Source of the DNA: a virus
Virus record (IMG/VR): IMGVR_UViG_3300047546_001733
Span: 1 to 64,000 of that record
Reading direction: 5' to 3' (one strand)
DNA length: 64,000 nt
The position numbers and the translations under genes are program-made. A model generated the notes under the pieces. The model did not search any database. It was not told where the DNA came from and was given only the letters and a program-made list of their open reading frames with translations. Below, one piece after another: positions 55,399 to 64,000 of this stretch. How positions within the stretch are numbered: the first letter of the stretch is position 1; each line of letters starts with the position of its first letter.

Positions 55399-56581
55399 CA
55401 CGATTGCAGAGTGGCGACTTCTTTCTAGTTTTATTGATAGCCCAGACTTTATTCACAGAGTCACTGAAGAAATTTTTACTGACGAGCGAAAAGACATTCT
55501 TAATGCTATGAAGCAAACGTACATTAAGTACGGTGAACTTACTTACGAGGGATTGCGGATTGCGTTAAACGGTGACATCCCACCACAGCTTACGAGTGGT
55601 GTGGTAGTTAATCAACAGGCAGTGGTAGATGAACTAGTGCTTATTGCTCGCCGTAGGCAGTTGAAGTCCGCTTCACTGGTACTTGATGAGCAGAGTAAGA
55701 AGTTTGCGCCTAGTGAAGTTGAAGTACAGCAAGCACTTACTTTCGAACCGCTCGCACCTACATCAGATACTACAATTATTCCGGGTGCCCAAAAGATGTT
55801 GGGAGACTTGTTTCAAAAGGTGCACGGTAAGTATCAGTTTGTTCACACCGGTATTAAATTTCTTGATACAATGATGGGCGGTGAATGGATGCCAAAAACA
55901 CTTACTGTTATTATGGCAAAACCGGGGACTGGTAAAACAGCCCTTGTTGGTCAGTCAATGTATGAAATGGCTAGTAAGCACGGGATTCAGTCGTTACTCA
56001 TTTCACTTGAAATGGCTAAAGAACAACTGGTACTACGCTGGGTTTCTTATATGTTAGAGATTGATTCTAGTAATCTACTAGTGGGTAGAATTACTCAGGA
56101 GCAGGGAAGAAAGGTAGAGGATGCTGTAGTTAGACTGCAACAACTTCCCTTGCGAGTCATTGATAACCCATCACTTCGTCTTGACCAGATTAAAAAGGAA
56201 ATCAAAGATTTTGCTTATTCGGGTGGTAAGGTTGTTTTTCTGGACTATCTACAAATAGTGAACCACGTAAACACGGGTATTCGCAACTACGACCTCGGTG
56301 AAGTTGCACAGGCACTAAAAGAAAGCGCAAAAGAAAACGATATTGCTGTTGTAGCATTGTCACAAATGAACAAAGGTGGCGATGGGTTGGACTCAATCCG
56401 TGACTCAGGAGAAATTGCCCAGATTGCAGATTCTGTTCTTGAACTTTGCCCGATTGATGAATTTGTTGACGACACAGGAATGCGTGGTATATCCATTAAG
56501 TTCCATAAAAATCGTAATGGGAGGCTTGGGACGGCATCGGTTGCCTTTAATGGTGCGTTTCAAAAGTTTATTAGTTCATGA
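55388..56581 (+). CDS. dnaB: DnaB-like replicative helicase
   Basis: AKPGTGKT, SLEM, FLDYLQ, LSQ, KNRNG. Confidence 0.92.
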   Translation: MYTDTIAEWRLLSSFIDSPDFIHRVTEEIFTDERKDILNAMKQTYIKYGELTYEGLRIALNGDIPPQLTSGVVVNQQAVVDELVLIARRRQLKSASLVLDEQSKKFAPSEVEVQQALTFEPLAPTSDTTIIPGAQKMLGDLFQKVHGKYQFVHTGIKFLDTMMGGEWMPKTLTVIMAKPGTGKTALVGQSMYEMASKHGIQSLLISLEMAKEQLVLRWVSYMLEIDSSNLLVGRITQEQGRKVEDAVVRLQQLPLRVIDNPSLRLDQIKKEIKDFAYSGGKVVFLDYLQIVNHVNTGIRNYDLGEVAQALKESAKENDIAVVALSQMNKGGDGLDSIRDSGEIAQIADSVLELCPIDEFVDDTGMRGISIKFHKNRNGRLGTASVAFNGAFQKFISS

Positions 56582-57186
56582 AAAAAGTAGTTCACACTCC
56601 AGTCCCAATTACAAGCCCTGCGAAGTTTAAGCAGATTGACAACCGAAGAAAAGAAATAAACAGACTGAATCGTCAGCGGGCAAAAGCCATGGAAAAGCGA
56701 GTAGCCCGCTATTTGGATGGTACACAAACACCGCAATCGGGGGCTGGCTCTGCAAAAGGAGACATCCTCATTGACTTCACAAACCGCCCCGGAAAATACA
56801 TGATTGAGTGTAAATTAAGTTCAGTTCGTGTCAAGGGCGTGCCGATGATGCAGTTGTTAAAAAAATGGATTCCAAAAATGAACCGAGACGCAACGTCGAT
56901 GAGGGCACAATTCCCAATCTTGGTTTTTCATTTTCACGATGTGTCTGGTGATTGGGTTGTCGTTGAGACCAGTAATTTACATAAGATTGGAGTATTTCCA
57001 GCGGTTATAGACCCCACTGAACCGAAAGTCGCCCACTATGATACTGTCGCTAAATCAGCAAAGGTATATTTGACACAAGCAAAATATGCAGAAGACCGCC
57101 CTTACTACGCTTTACTTTCTGTTGATTCTGTGTTATACTATTTCATGACGTTAGAATACTTCAAAGACATTATGAAGGAGATTTAA
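56578..57186 (+). CDS. PD-(D/E)XK nuclease, putative Holliday junction resolvase
   Basis: E..VA, SGAG..KGD, IECK. Confidence 0.75.
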   Translation: MKKVVHTPVPITSPAKFKQIDNRRKEINRLNRQRAKAMEKRVARYLDGTQTPQSGAGSAKGDILIDFTNRPGKYMIECKLSSVRVKGVPMMQLLKKWIPKMNRDATSMRAQFPILVFHFHDVSGDWVVVETSNLHKIGVFPAVIDPTEPKVAHYDTVAKSAKVYLTQAKYAEDRPYYALLSVDSVLYYFMTLEYFKDIMKEI

Positions 57187-57187
57187 G

Positions 57188-57529
57188 GTGAGTAAGATTC
57201 CTGAGTCTGAAATGAGTTTATTGGTGTCTATGTTCGAGACCTGTATTGGATGTCCCGTGGTAGTTACTATATCAGATACTGAACGGGGTGACGTGGCGAA
57301 GTTTGAGGGAATCACACTTACTGCTGTCGTACCTCAGAAATCAACTGGTATGAAAAATGCACCTGACAAGAGAATTAAGGACGGTAAGGCATACACACCG
57401 CCAATGTTTGCACTTGTATTCGGAAACGACCGTCTAGTTTTCGTTAATGAAGACACGACCACCTGCGTTATCTACAACGGGGTGAGGCTTGTACTTGACA
57501 AAACTATAGTGAGTGTGGTAAAATTATAG
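57188..57529 (+). CDS. hypothetical protein
   Basis: AAGGAG RBS, GTG start. Confidence 0.7.
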   Translation: MSKIPESEMSLLVSMFETCIGCPVVVTISDTERGDVAKFEGITLTAVVPQKSTGMKNAPDKRIKDGKAYTPPMFALVFGNDRLVFVNEDTTTCVIYNGVRLVLDKTIVSVVKL

Positions 57530-57530
57530 T

Positions 57531-59465
57531 ATGAACTATGAATTAATCACAACTACAGACCAATTACGCTTAGCGGTTTCAAGACTGCTATCATCCGAGA
57601 TTGTCTACGTAGACACAGAAACTACCAGTCTTGACCCACATCAGGCAAAGTTACTTACAATTCAGATTCACGCAGAACCTGCTACAATCATTGTAGATTG
57701 TACAAAGTCGATTGATTTAACACCGCTAGGCAGTATCTGGGAGTCTCCAAACATCACTAAAGTTTTTCACAATGCCTCGTATGACCTTAAAATTATCTAC
57801 AAATTTTTTGGCATATTAATACGAAACGTGTACGACACAATGGTTACCGAGCGCATGATTACTGCCGGCTATAGTAAGTTGCAGGGGCAGAGTTCTTTAC
57901 AAGCGGTTGCAGAGCGACGGCTTAAGATAAAACTAGACAAAAGTATACGAGCAACCTTTACAGTAGGGGAATTTGTTGAGTTGTCACACGAGCAACTGGA
58001 GTACGCAATTAAAGACGTACTTGTGCTACCTGAAATACGTAATCAGCAGTTGCAGGATATTGCAGAGCATTCTTTGAGTGCTGTGCACAATCTAGAAATG
58101 CAGTTATGTCCTGTTGTAGCACTTATTGAGTACACAGGTATGCCGTTTGAGGCTAACCACTTACTCGAACTTGAGCCTAAGTTTGTACGTATCATTAAAG
58201 AAGCAGAGCGTGTATTTCAGGATATGTTTATTCACGCCGGGGTTTGTACGCAGATTGTATTTAGTAAAGAAGGTTACAGCGCATTTAATCCTGCGTCTAC
58301 TCAACAAATGGTTGAGATGTTTAACGCCGTAGGTATTAATATACCCAGTCTGAACGCACGCATCGTAATGCAGTGGGACTTTAAAAACAGGAAGAAGGCA
58401 AAGAACTTTGACGTTGACTTCTCTGAATTAAGTGATGATGCAGATATTAGCGACGCAATTGAGAAGTTTGGTAGTTTTGAAAACAAGTACATTCAAGCCT
58501 ATTCGTTCTTAAGTGCGGTGCGGAAGATTTATAACACGTATGTTAAGTCGTTACCAACAATGGAAAATCCAGTAACAGGGCGGATTCATTGTTCATTTAA
58601 TCAGTACGGTACCGCAACTGGTCGATTTTCAAGTTCATCACCGAACTTACAGAATATCCCATCTGACCAGAAAATGAAAAACATTGGGGTTGATTCAAGT
58701 ATTCGCCACTCCTTTAAGGTAAAAGAAGGGCGTAAACTGATTATTGCTGACTACTCAACTATCGAACTTGTCATTATTGCAGACGCTAGCGGTGACCGTG
58801 GTCTTATTGATAACATGGATGATTTACATACCTATGTTGCTCGGGAAGTTCTTGGTGTTGCAGACATTACAAATAAGAATAAAAAAGAACACCCGTACAA
58901 GATATGGCGGGATGTAGCGAAGATGGTAAACTACTCGATTGCCTATAATGTAGGCGGTGATAGTCTTGGTAAGCAGATGAGTATTTCGCTTTCTCCTTTG
59001 GGAATTAAGATAGACGCACAAAAAGCAGAGAGGATAATTGAGGACTGGAAGGGAAGGTTCCCTCAAGCCGCATCTTGGCTTAGAAATAGCGCACGCTCAG
59101 TTATTCTATACGGTTTTGTCGCTGATAGTTTTGGTAGAAAACGGTTCTGGGATAGAGACGAGTTTCATAACAAGTGGAAGCGTGCTTCCGCTGAACGAGA
59201 GGCTATGAATTTTCCCATTCAAGCATTATCAGCGACGATGGTTAAAATGGCTCTTATTAACACGTTTAACCGACTCGACCCCAAAAGGGCACGCATCGTT
59301 TCCACAGTTCACGATGAAATAATTGTGGAGAGTAGTGAACTATATGCACCAATTGCCAGTGAGATTTTAAAGGAAGAGATGGAGAAATCCGCACAGGCTG
59401 TACTACCAAACCTAGGTAACACAGTCATTGTAGAACCATCTATCTCGGATAAATACGATAAATAA
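57531..59465 (+). CDS. polA: family A DNA polymerase with 3'-5' exonuclease
   Basis: DTETT, HNASYD, TGRFSSSSPNLQNIP, DYSTIEL, R..AK..NY, VHDE. Confidence 0.95.
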   Translation: MNYELITTTDQLRLAVSRLLSSEIVYVDTETTSLDPHQAKLLTIQIHAEPATIIVDCTKSIDLTPLGSIWESPNITKVFHNASYDLKIIYKFFGILIRNVYDTMVTERMITAGYSKLQGQSSLQAVAERRLKIKLDKSIRATFTVGEFVELSHEQLEYAIKDVLVLPEIRNQQLQDIAEHSLSAVHNLEMQLCPVVALIEYTGMPFEANHLLELEPKFVRIIKEAERVFQDMFIHAGVCTQIVFSKEGYSAFNPASTQQMVEMFNAVGINIPSLNARIVMQWDFKNRKKAKNFDVDFSELSDDADISDAIEKFGSFENKYIQAYSFLSAVRKIYNTYVKSLPTMENPVTGRIHCSFNQYGTATGRFSSSSPNLQNIPSDQKMKNIGVDSSIRHSFKVKEGRKLIIADYSTIELVIIADASGDRGLIDNMDDLHTYVAREVLGVADITNKNKKEHPYKIWRDVAKMVNYSIAYNVGGDSLGKQMSISLSPLGIKIDAQKAERIIEDWKGRFPQAASWLRNSARSVILYGFVADSFGRKRFWDRDEFHNKWKRASAEREAMNFPIQALSATMVKMALINTFNRLDPKRARIVSTVHDEIIVESSELYAPIASEILKEEMEKSAQAVLPNLGNTVIVEPSISDKYDK

Positions 59466-59475
59466 GAGGAGACAC

Positions 59476-60438
59476 ATGGCTAAGAACGTTACATTTGAGG
59501 GATTGATGATGGGTACATTTAGTAAGGAACACACGTATTTCCCGTCGAGTATGCCATCAGTAAACAGAGCACTCGGGAATATGCAGGGTATTCAAGGTGG
59601 AAGTATTGTGCAATTACTTGCTGAACCGGGTCACGGTAAGACTACACTCGCCTTAGACTTTATTGCACAGGCACAAAAATCAGGAGTGCGTTCGATTACT
59701 ATCAAAATGGGTAAAGTCGAGCAAGAGATTAATGCTGTTTTCGTAGACCTAGAACGCACATTCGACCCTGAATACGCCCAGCGTATAGGAGTAGACTTGA
59801 ATAAACTCGCCGTGTATAAACCAGACTTCGCAGAAAAAGCACTACCAACTCTGGAGCACTTGCTCGAGCAAGGTTTGCAACTGATTGTATTTGATAGTGT
59901 ACCAGCGATGATTACAAAGGATGAATTCGAAAAGGATGTTGACGAACCAGCCCGTATGGCAGGTAGCGCAAATATTCTTTCTCGTTGGCTTATCCGCTTG
60001 ATTGGTCTGGTAGATAATTCGGACGCACTGTTTATTTTTATTAATCAGTACCGTGCAAATCTTAGTCCAATGGCACGGAGCGAAAAGAAACCGTTTGGTC
60101 CTAGAGCACTTCGGTACTTCTGTAAAATTATTTTGGAACTGGTTAAAATTAAAACAGAAGAAGACCGCTCGACAATTCAGTTAACGGTGAGTAAAAATAA
60201 ACAAGCACCTGAAGGTATGAAAGTAGACTATCTTATGCTTAAAGGTAAGGGGTGCTCACAAGCACATGACATTTTCTACCTCGCTGTGGAAATGGGCATT
60301 GTAACAAAGAGCGGTTCTTGGTATGAGTACAAGGGACAAAAATCACAGGGAATTGACTCTGCAATAGGCGCATTCCCAATGGACGAAATAAAAGCCAAAG
60401 TAGAGCAGGAGTTAGAAAATGAACTTAGCCCACGATAA
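59476..60438 (+). CDS. recA: RecA-like recombinase
   Basis: AEPGHGKTT, DSV, FINQYR, KNK.AP, KSGSWY. Confidence 0.9.
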   Translation: MAKNVTFEGLMMGTFSKEHTYFPSSMPSVNRALGNMQGIQGGSIVQLLAEPGHGKTTLALDFIAQAQKSGVRSITIKMGKVEQEINAVFVDLERTFDPEYAQRIGVDLNKLAVYKPDFAEKALPTLEHLLEQGLQLIVFDSVPAMITKDEFEKDVDEPARMAGSANILSRWLIRLIGLVDNSDALFIFINQYRANLSPMARSEKKPFGPRALRYFCKIILELVKIKTEEDRSTIQLTVSKNKQAPEGMKVDYLMLKGKGCSQAHDIFYLAVEMGIVTKSGSWYEYKGQKSQGIDSAIGAFPMDEIKAKVEQELENELSPR

Positions 60439-60790
60439 TACCGAAGGACATCGTGCTGATGCGTGGATTGATAATGTACCAGATTATTATGACATGACAG
60501 AAGCATACAGAAACCTTGCTAATGCTAAAGCGGCAATAATTCGCGCCAAGCGTAATATTGAGCGTATTGAAGAGCAAATAGCAGTAGACGCAGACAGACC
60601 ACGTTCCAACGAAACTCGTCAACGTCGCTTACAGGCTACACAGAAACTCAAGGACGAACTAGCTGAATTTGAGAGTGAACTCGCCTACGCCGAGTCAGCA
60701 GTAAAAATTCTTGAGTACAAAAAATCAATGTTTGCTTCAGTATCGTACACAACTAAGTTGCGGTTTGAATCAATCGGGAGAGAAATATGA
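60419..60790 (+). CDS. coiled-coil protein (UvsY-like position)
   Basis: Follows RecA; heptad pattern. Confidence 0.55.
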   Translation: MNLAHDNTEGHRADAWIDNVPDYYDMTEAYRNLANAKAAIIRAKRNIERIEEQIAVDADRPRSNETRQRRLQATQKLKDELAEFESELAYAESAVKILEYKKSMFASVSYTTKLRFESIGREI

Positions 60791-61506
60791 GTAAGAACGA
60801 GTTTAGTGCTTCCCGAATTACAACCTATAAAACCTGTCCCCGGCTATACAAGTATCAATATATCGAGCGTATCGAGGAGCCTAAACACGTTTTAACCATT
60901 ATGGGTAGCGCATTACACAAAGCAATTGAACTATACTACAAAAAGGGAATAAATGTTCAAGCGACGTTTAGTCGAGAATTTTATAATGGTGTGAGTTTTG
61001 CCGAAGGTAACTTGGGAGTTCGTGGTAAAGAGTCGCCTGTACAGGTATTTTTAATCGGTGAGGAAATTCTTAAAAATGTGGACTGGTCACTCAAGCCAAT
61101 AGAAATTGAGAAATCTTTTTCACTTCCGTTTCCCTCAAAAGAAAACCCCGTATGTATCATGCGGGGTATCATAGACATGGTAGTAGACGGTGGTATTATC
61201 ATAGACCATAAATCTACAAAGACAAAACCGACTAAGAAAAAACTATCTGAGAACTATCAGTTTGCTATTTATGCGTGGGCACACCGAGAAATTTATGGTG
61301 AATTACCTGTCAAAGTTTATTGGAATCATTTGCGAACTGGAGAATTAATTGAAGCAGATGTTCTTAAAAATTTAGACAAAACAATAAGCTTAATTGCCTC
61401 GGATATTTTGACAATTATTTCTGATACTGAATTTGAAAAAATTGAGCAAAACGGTTTTTGCAGAAATGTCTGTAATTTTTACGATAAGTGTTGGGGTGGA
61501 GGATAG
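60787..61506 (+). CDS. PD-(D/E)XK Cas4/RecB-like exonuclease
   Basis: CP, GSALH, GIID, IDHKS, Q...Y, C-terminal CxxxCxxxxxC. Confidence 0.85.
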   Translation: MSKNEFSASRITTYKTCPRLYKYQYIERIEEPKHVLTIMGSALHKAIELYYKKGINVQATFSREFYNGVSFAEGNLGVRGKESPVQVFLIGEEILKNVDWSLKPIEIEKSFSLPFPSKENPVCIMRGIIDMVVDGGIIIDHKSTKTKPTKKKLSENYQFAIYAWAHREIYGELPVKVYWNHLRTGELIEADVLKNLDKTISLIASDILTIISDTEFEKIEQNGFCRNVCNFYDKCWGGG

Positions 61507-61507
61507 T

Positions 61508-61870
61508 ATGTCAAAATTAGTTGTTAGGGAAAAACTTCGGGACTTCTATAAAAACCGACTTAGTTTTGAGGAAGAACTTGAAATCAAGGATGCTTACGAA
61601 TCTTTATATGGTATTCTGTTAGATGTGCATCCATTTGCACCTCCGATTCTCACACGATATTCAGAGGGCTACTACCTCGACGAACTTAGTGAAATGTACG
61701 GTCTTACCCAAGAAGAGGTTATTGGGATATTACATTCATGTTTTGCGCTTATTGGTGAAGTACTCCAGTTGGACGACGCAGTGATTGTACGTAGGGTGCA
61801 AAAATCTCTACAAGATTCAGCAAGGACTCTTTTCTCTAGAATGTACAAAGAATTAACGGAGATAGAATAA
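61508..61870 (+). CDS. sigma70 region-4-like HTH protein
   Basis: RYSEGYYLDELSEMYGLTQEEV; GGAGG RBS before ATG 61508. Confidence 0.5.
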   Translation: MSKLVVREKLRDFYKNRLSFEEELEIKDAYESLYGILLDVHPFAPPILTRYSEGYYLDELSEMYGLTQEEVIGILHSCFALIGEVLQLDDAVIVRRVQKSLQDSARTLFSRMYKELTEIE

Positions 61871-62853
61871 TGAGCGAGCAATTTAAAATTACGCAAGAGA
61901 TACTGGAACAGGTTAGGCAGGAGAGGTCAGAAAATCCTCGGATTACGTATCGTCAAATATCCGCAAAATTATTCGGTACAGAAGATTACGCAACTGTACT
62001 TAAAAAATCTATTATGGACTCATACAGAGAGGCTGAGGTTGCGGCACAGTCACGGGTTCGCAGGAATATTTTACCACCGCCGTATTCAGGTAAAGTCGAA
62101 CTTCCGCCTCAGTACAAATTAAAATTAGCCGATGTTACTGAGGTAGATACCAAGAGCGCAATTATTTTATCTGACTTGCATCTTCCTCATGTAGATAGAA
62201 ACCTTATTGAACATATTATGGAAGTATCTCGTGTAAAAAATATAGAAACGCTAGTACTTGCCGGAGATTTACTTGATGGTCAATTCACAGGTAGACATAA
62301 AAATCCTGAGCAATATGTTGCTTCGGCAACTGATGAACTAAGGTACTTTCAAGATTATCTCATGTTCTTTGAACAGAACTTTCAAGAGGTGGTCGTGATG
62401 CCCGGTAATCATGACGAGTGGGTAATGGACTATTTTGAATGCTCTTTCTCAGATTTAGTACGGTTTGTTGCCCCAGAAGCAAAATTAACTATTTCTGAAT
62501 ACTCGTATGTGTTTCTTAATGACAACCTTGTTGTCGGTCACTTAGAAGAATGGAATGAGGTACCCGGTTATCTAGCGTGGAAGATTGGTACTGTGCACAA
62601 CCGAAATGCTCTTGTAGGGCATGACCATATTAGAGGTGTATACACAGAAAATAAATCAAATATCTGGGGGGCTTCAATTGGCGCAAGTTTGATACCAGAC
62701 AACATCTACTATAAGAGAGCCGCTTTTAATTCTTTCCCCGCCATTCAGTGTGGGTATGCGGAACTTTTAGACCGTAGCGAAGTAACACTTTATGCTTGGG
62801 ATGGTCAACAAGCAAAACCTGAGAATATACTCACCGCAAAAGTACTTAAGTAG
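61870..62853 (+). CDS. metallophosphoesterase with N-terminal HTH
   Basis: SDLH, GDLLD, GNHD, GHDH. Confidence 0.88.
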   Translation: MSEQFKITQEILEQVRQERSENPRITYRQISAKLFGTEDYATVLKKSIMDSYREAEVAAQSRVRRNILPPPYSGKVELPPQYKLKLADVTEVDTKSAIILSDLHLPHVDRNLIEHIMEVSRVKNIETLVLAGDLLDGQFTGRHKNPEQYVASATDELRYFQDYLMFFEQNFQEVVVMPGNHDEWVMDYFECSFSDLVRFVAPEAKLTISEYSYVFLNDNLVVGHLEEWNEVPGYLAWKIGTVHNRNALVGHDHIRGVYTENKSNIWGASIGASLIPDNIYYKRAAFNSFPAIQCGYAELLDRSEVTLYAWDGQQAKPENILTAKVLK

Positions 62854-62864
62854 TCAAGTATCTC

Positions 62865-62893
62865 TTGACAACTACGTTTATCTGTGGTATACT
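62865..62893 (+). promoter_or_regulatory. sigma70-type promoter
   Basis: TTGACA-17 bp (TGTGG)-TATACT. Confidence 0.85.
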
Positions 62894-62921
62894 TCAAAGG
62901 TAATACATTTTAGGAGACGAT

Positions 62922-63353
62922 TTGATAAAACTATTACTTATTGCAAGCCTTTGGTGTTCAACCGGTTTTTGTATATCCCCCGAAGCGCAAGCGATAGCGA
63001 CGTGCGAGAGCGGTGATACCGTTACCCTTGGCACCATCAGTTACACCGCCGTCAACGTCAACCGTGATGGCACGATAGACACTGGCGCATGGCAGTTCAA
63101 TTCCTACTGGGTGTGGTCACCCGACGATAGATGGGCTATCATACCGGTTGCAAACAATATCTATAATATGTCATCAAAGGATTTTATTAATTTATACCCA
63201 GACGCAACAAAAGCACCGCCTAGCGTACAGTATGAAATGTTTAAAAGTTTATGGAACAATGGGTATGGGTGGAGACACTGGTCAGCAAGTAAACCGTGTT
63301 GGGATAAATGGATGGTTATAAAAAATAATCGGGCAATATTTGTCGGAGAATAA
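62922..63353 (+). CDS. secreted lysozyme-fold / Rpf-like transglycosylase
   Basis: Signal-like N-terminus, IATCESG, GAWQF, APPSVQ, GWRHW..C. Confidence 0.7.
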   Translation: MIKLLLIASLWCSTGFCISPEAQAIATCESGDTVTLGTISYTAVNVNRDGTIDTGAWQFNSYWVWSPDDRWAIIPVANNIYNMSSKDFINLYPDATKAPPSVQYEMFKSLWNNGYGWRHWSASKPCWDKWMVIKNNRAIFVGE

Positions 63354-63354
63354 T

Positions 63355-63621
63355 ATGTTAGAAAAAACAATGTACATGGTCACTGCATCGTGGTGTAGTT
63401 CATGTAAAATGATAAAACCAAAAGTTGAGGCGACTGCACTTCGGTATAATGTACCGTTAGTAATGCTAGATGTTGACCAAAAAGAAGTTAGGGACTTCGT
63501 TGAAGTTAACTTTATTATGGCTGTCCCTCAACTAGTTTTTATCATGGGTAACCATTTTGAAATTCGAAGTCCCCTTGAAAACGGTGCAATTGAGCAAGCG
63601 TTTAAAGACTTGACTTCATAA
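63355..63621 (+). CDS. thioredoxin-like protein
   Basis: WCSSC, LDVD, AVP. Confidence 0.85.
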   Translation: MLEKTMYMVTASWCSSCKMIKPKVEATALRYNVPLVMLDVDQKEVRDFVEVNFIMAVPQLVFIMGNHFEIRSPLENGAIEQAFKDLTS

Positions 63622-63640
63622 AAATCCCCGCAAGGGGTAC

Positions 63641-63724
63641 GCCGAGGTGGTGAAATGGCAGACACGTTAGTCTTAGAAGCTAATGACGCAAGTCATGAGG
63701 GTTCAAGTCCCTCTCTCGGCACCA
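63641..63724 (+). tRNA. trnL: tRNA-Leu(UAG)
   Basis: Full cloverleaf, anticodon loop CT-TAG-AA, long variable arm, GGTTCAAGTCC, encoded CCA. Confidence 0.95.
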
Positions 63725-63726
63725 AA

Positions 63727-63909
63727 GCCACAAGATGCGAGTTGAAAACCTATCTAGTGTTCGCCTAAAGATTTTTAGAAAATCTTTACCCAGCTGGATT
63801 TCTAGAAGTTGCATCTCTACAACTTACTAGTAGGGTATTCTTGGCTATCGCGGGTGCCGTTGCACCTGAGAGAAATCTCGTGCAGGTTCGAATCCTGTCT
63901 GTGGCACCA
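63727..63909 (+). ncRNA. 183-nt tRNA-like RNA with expanded D-domain
   Basis: GCCACA/UGUGGC-ACCA acceptor, GCAGG-UUCGAAU-CCUGU T-arm, GAGA-GAAA-UCUC variable arm, ~100-nt structured insert inside a GCGA/UCGC stem. Confidence 0.7.
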
Positions 63910-64000
63910 TTTTATTATAGAAAGAGATACTATGACGAAGTCAGTGAACGTTTTTTTTCAGCAGTACAGTGAGGGTATTGACACGTATTTTGGTAAATTT

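Noticed and set aside
23067-62853. Amber stop-codon reassignment suggested by the CUA loops
   Set aside because: All long genes are intact in code 11 with high coding density, and TAG ends several genes normally.

Overview
This window is 64 kb of a tailed dsDNA phage genome with a siphovirus-like tail module. The host is probably a monoderm bacterium (sigma70/sigmaA promoters with extended -10, holin plus amidase, no recognisable spanins). (1) 1-15.0 kb is an array of about 28 individually promoted, mostly minus-strand cassettes. They are separated by a composite repeat: a 25-bp G/C palindrome, TGTAAA/TTTACA palindromes and a helically phased YTCTCAT-N4-YTCTCAT box. Cassettes carry microproteins (several paralog pairs in permuted order) and non-coding RNAs. 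The RNAs are a 133-nt mini-tmRNA with an apparent 5-codon non-degron tag, four covarying ~100-nt tRNA-like RNAs without a normal D-arm and with an invariant UUCUAGA loop, and a ~99-nt structured RNA. (2) 16-29.6 kb (minus) holds a VanW-like gene, RNase H, a BMP lipoprotein, a DNA methylase, lysis genes, portal, intein-containing TerL, putative TerS, class II RNR, MazG and DUF1599. (3) 29.8-52 kb (plus) holds head and tail genes. (4) 52-64 kb (plus) holds a glycosyltransferase, replication/recombination genes, a phosphoesterase, an Rpf-like muramidase, thioredoxin, tRNA-Leu and a 183-nt tRNA-like RNA. The best candidate for an undescribed system is the set of tRNA-mimic RNAs carried in a repeat-delimited, apparently shuffled cassette array. 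All protein assignments are from motif recognition by eye; no database searches were run.
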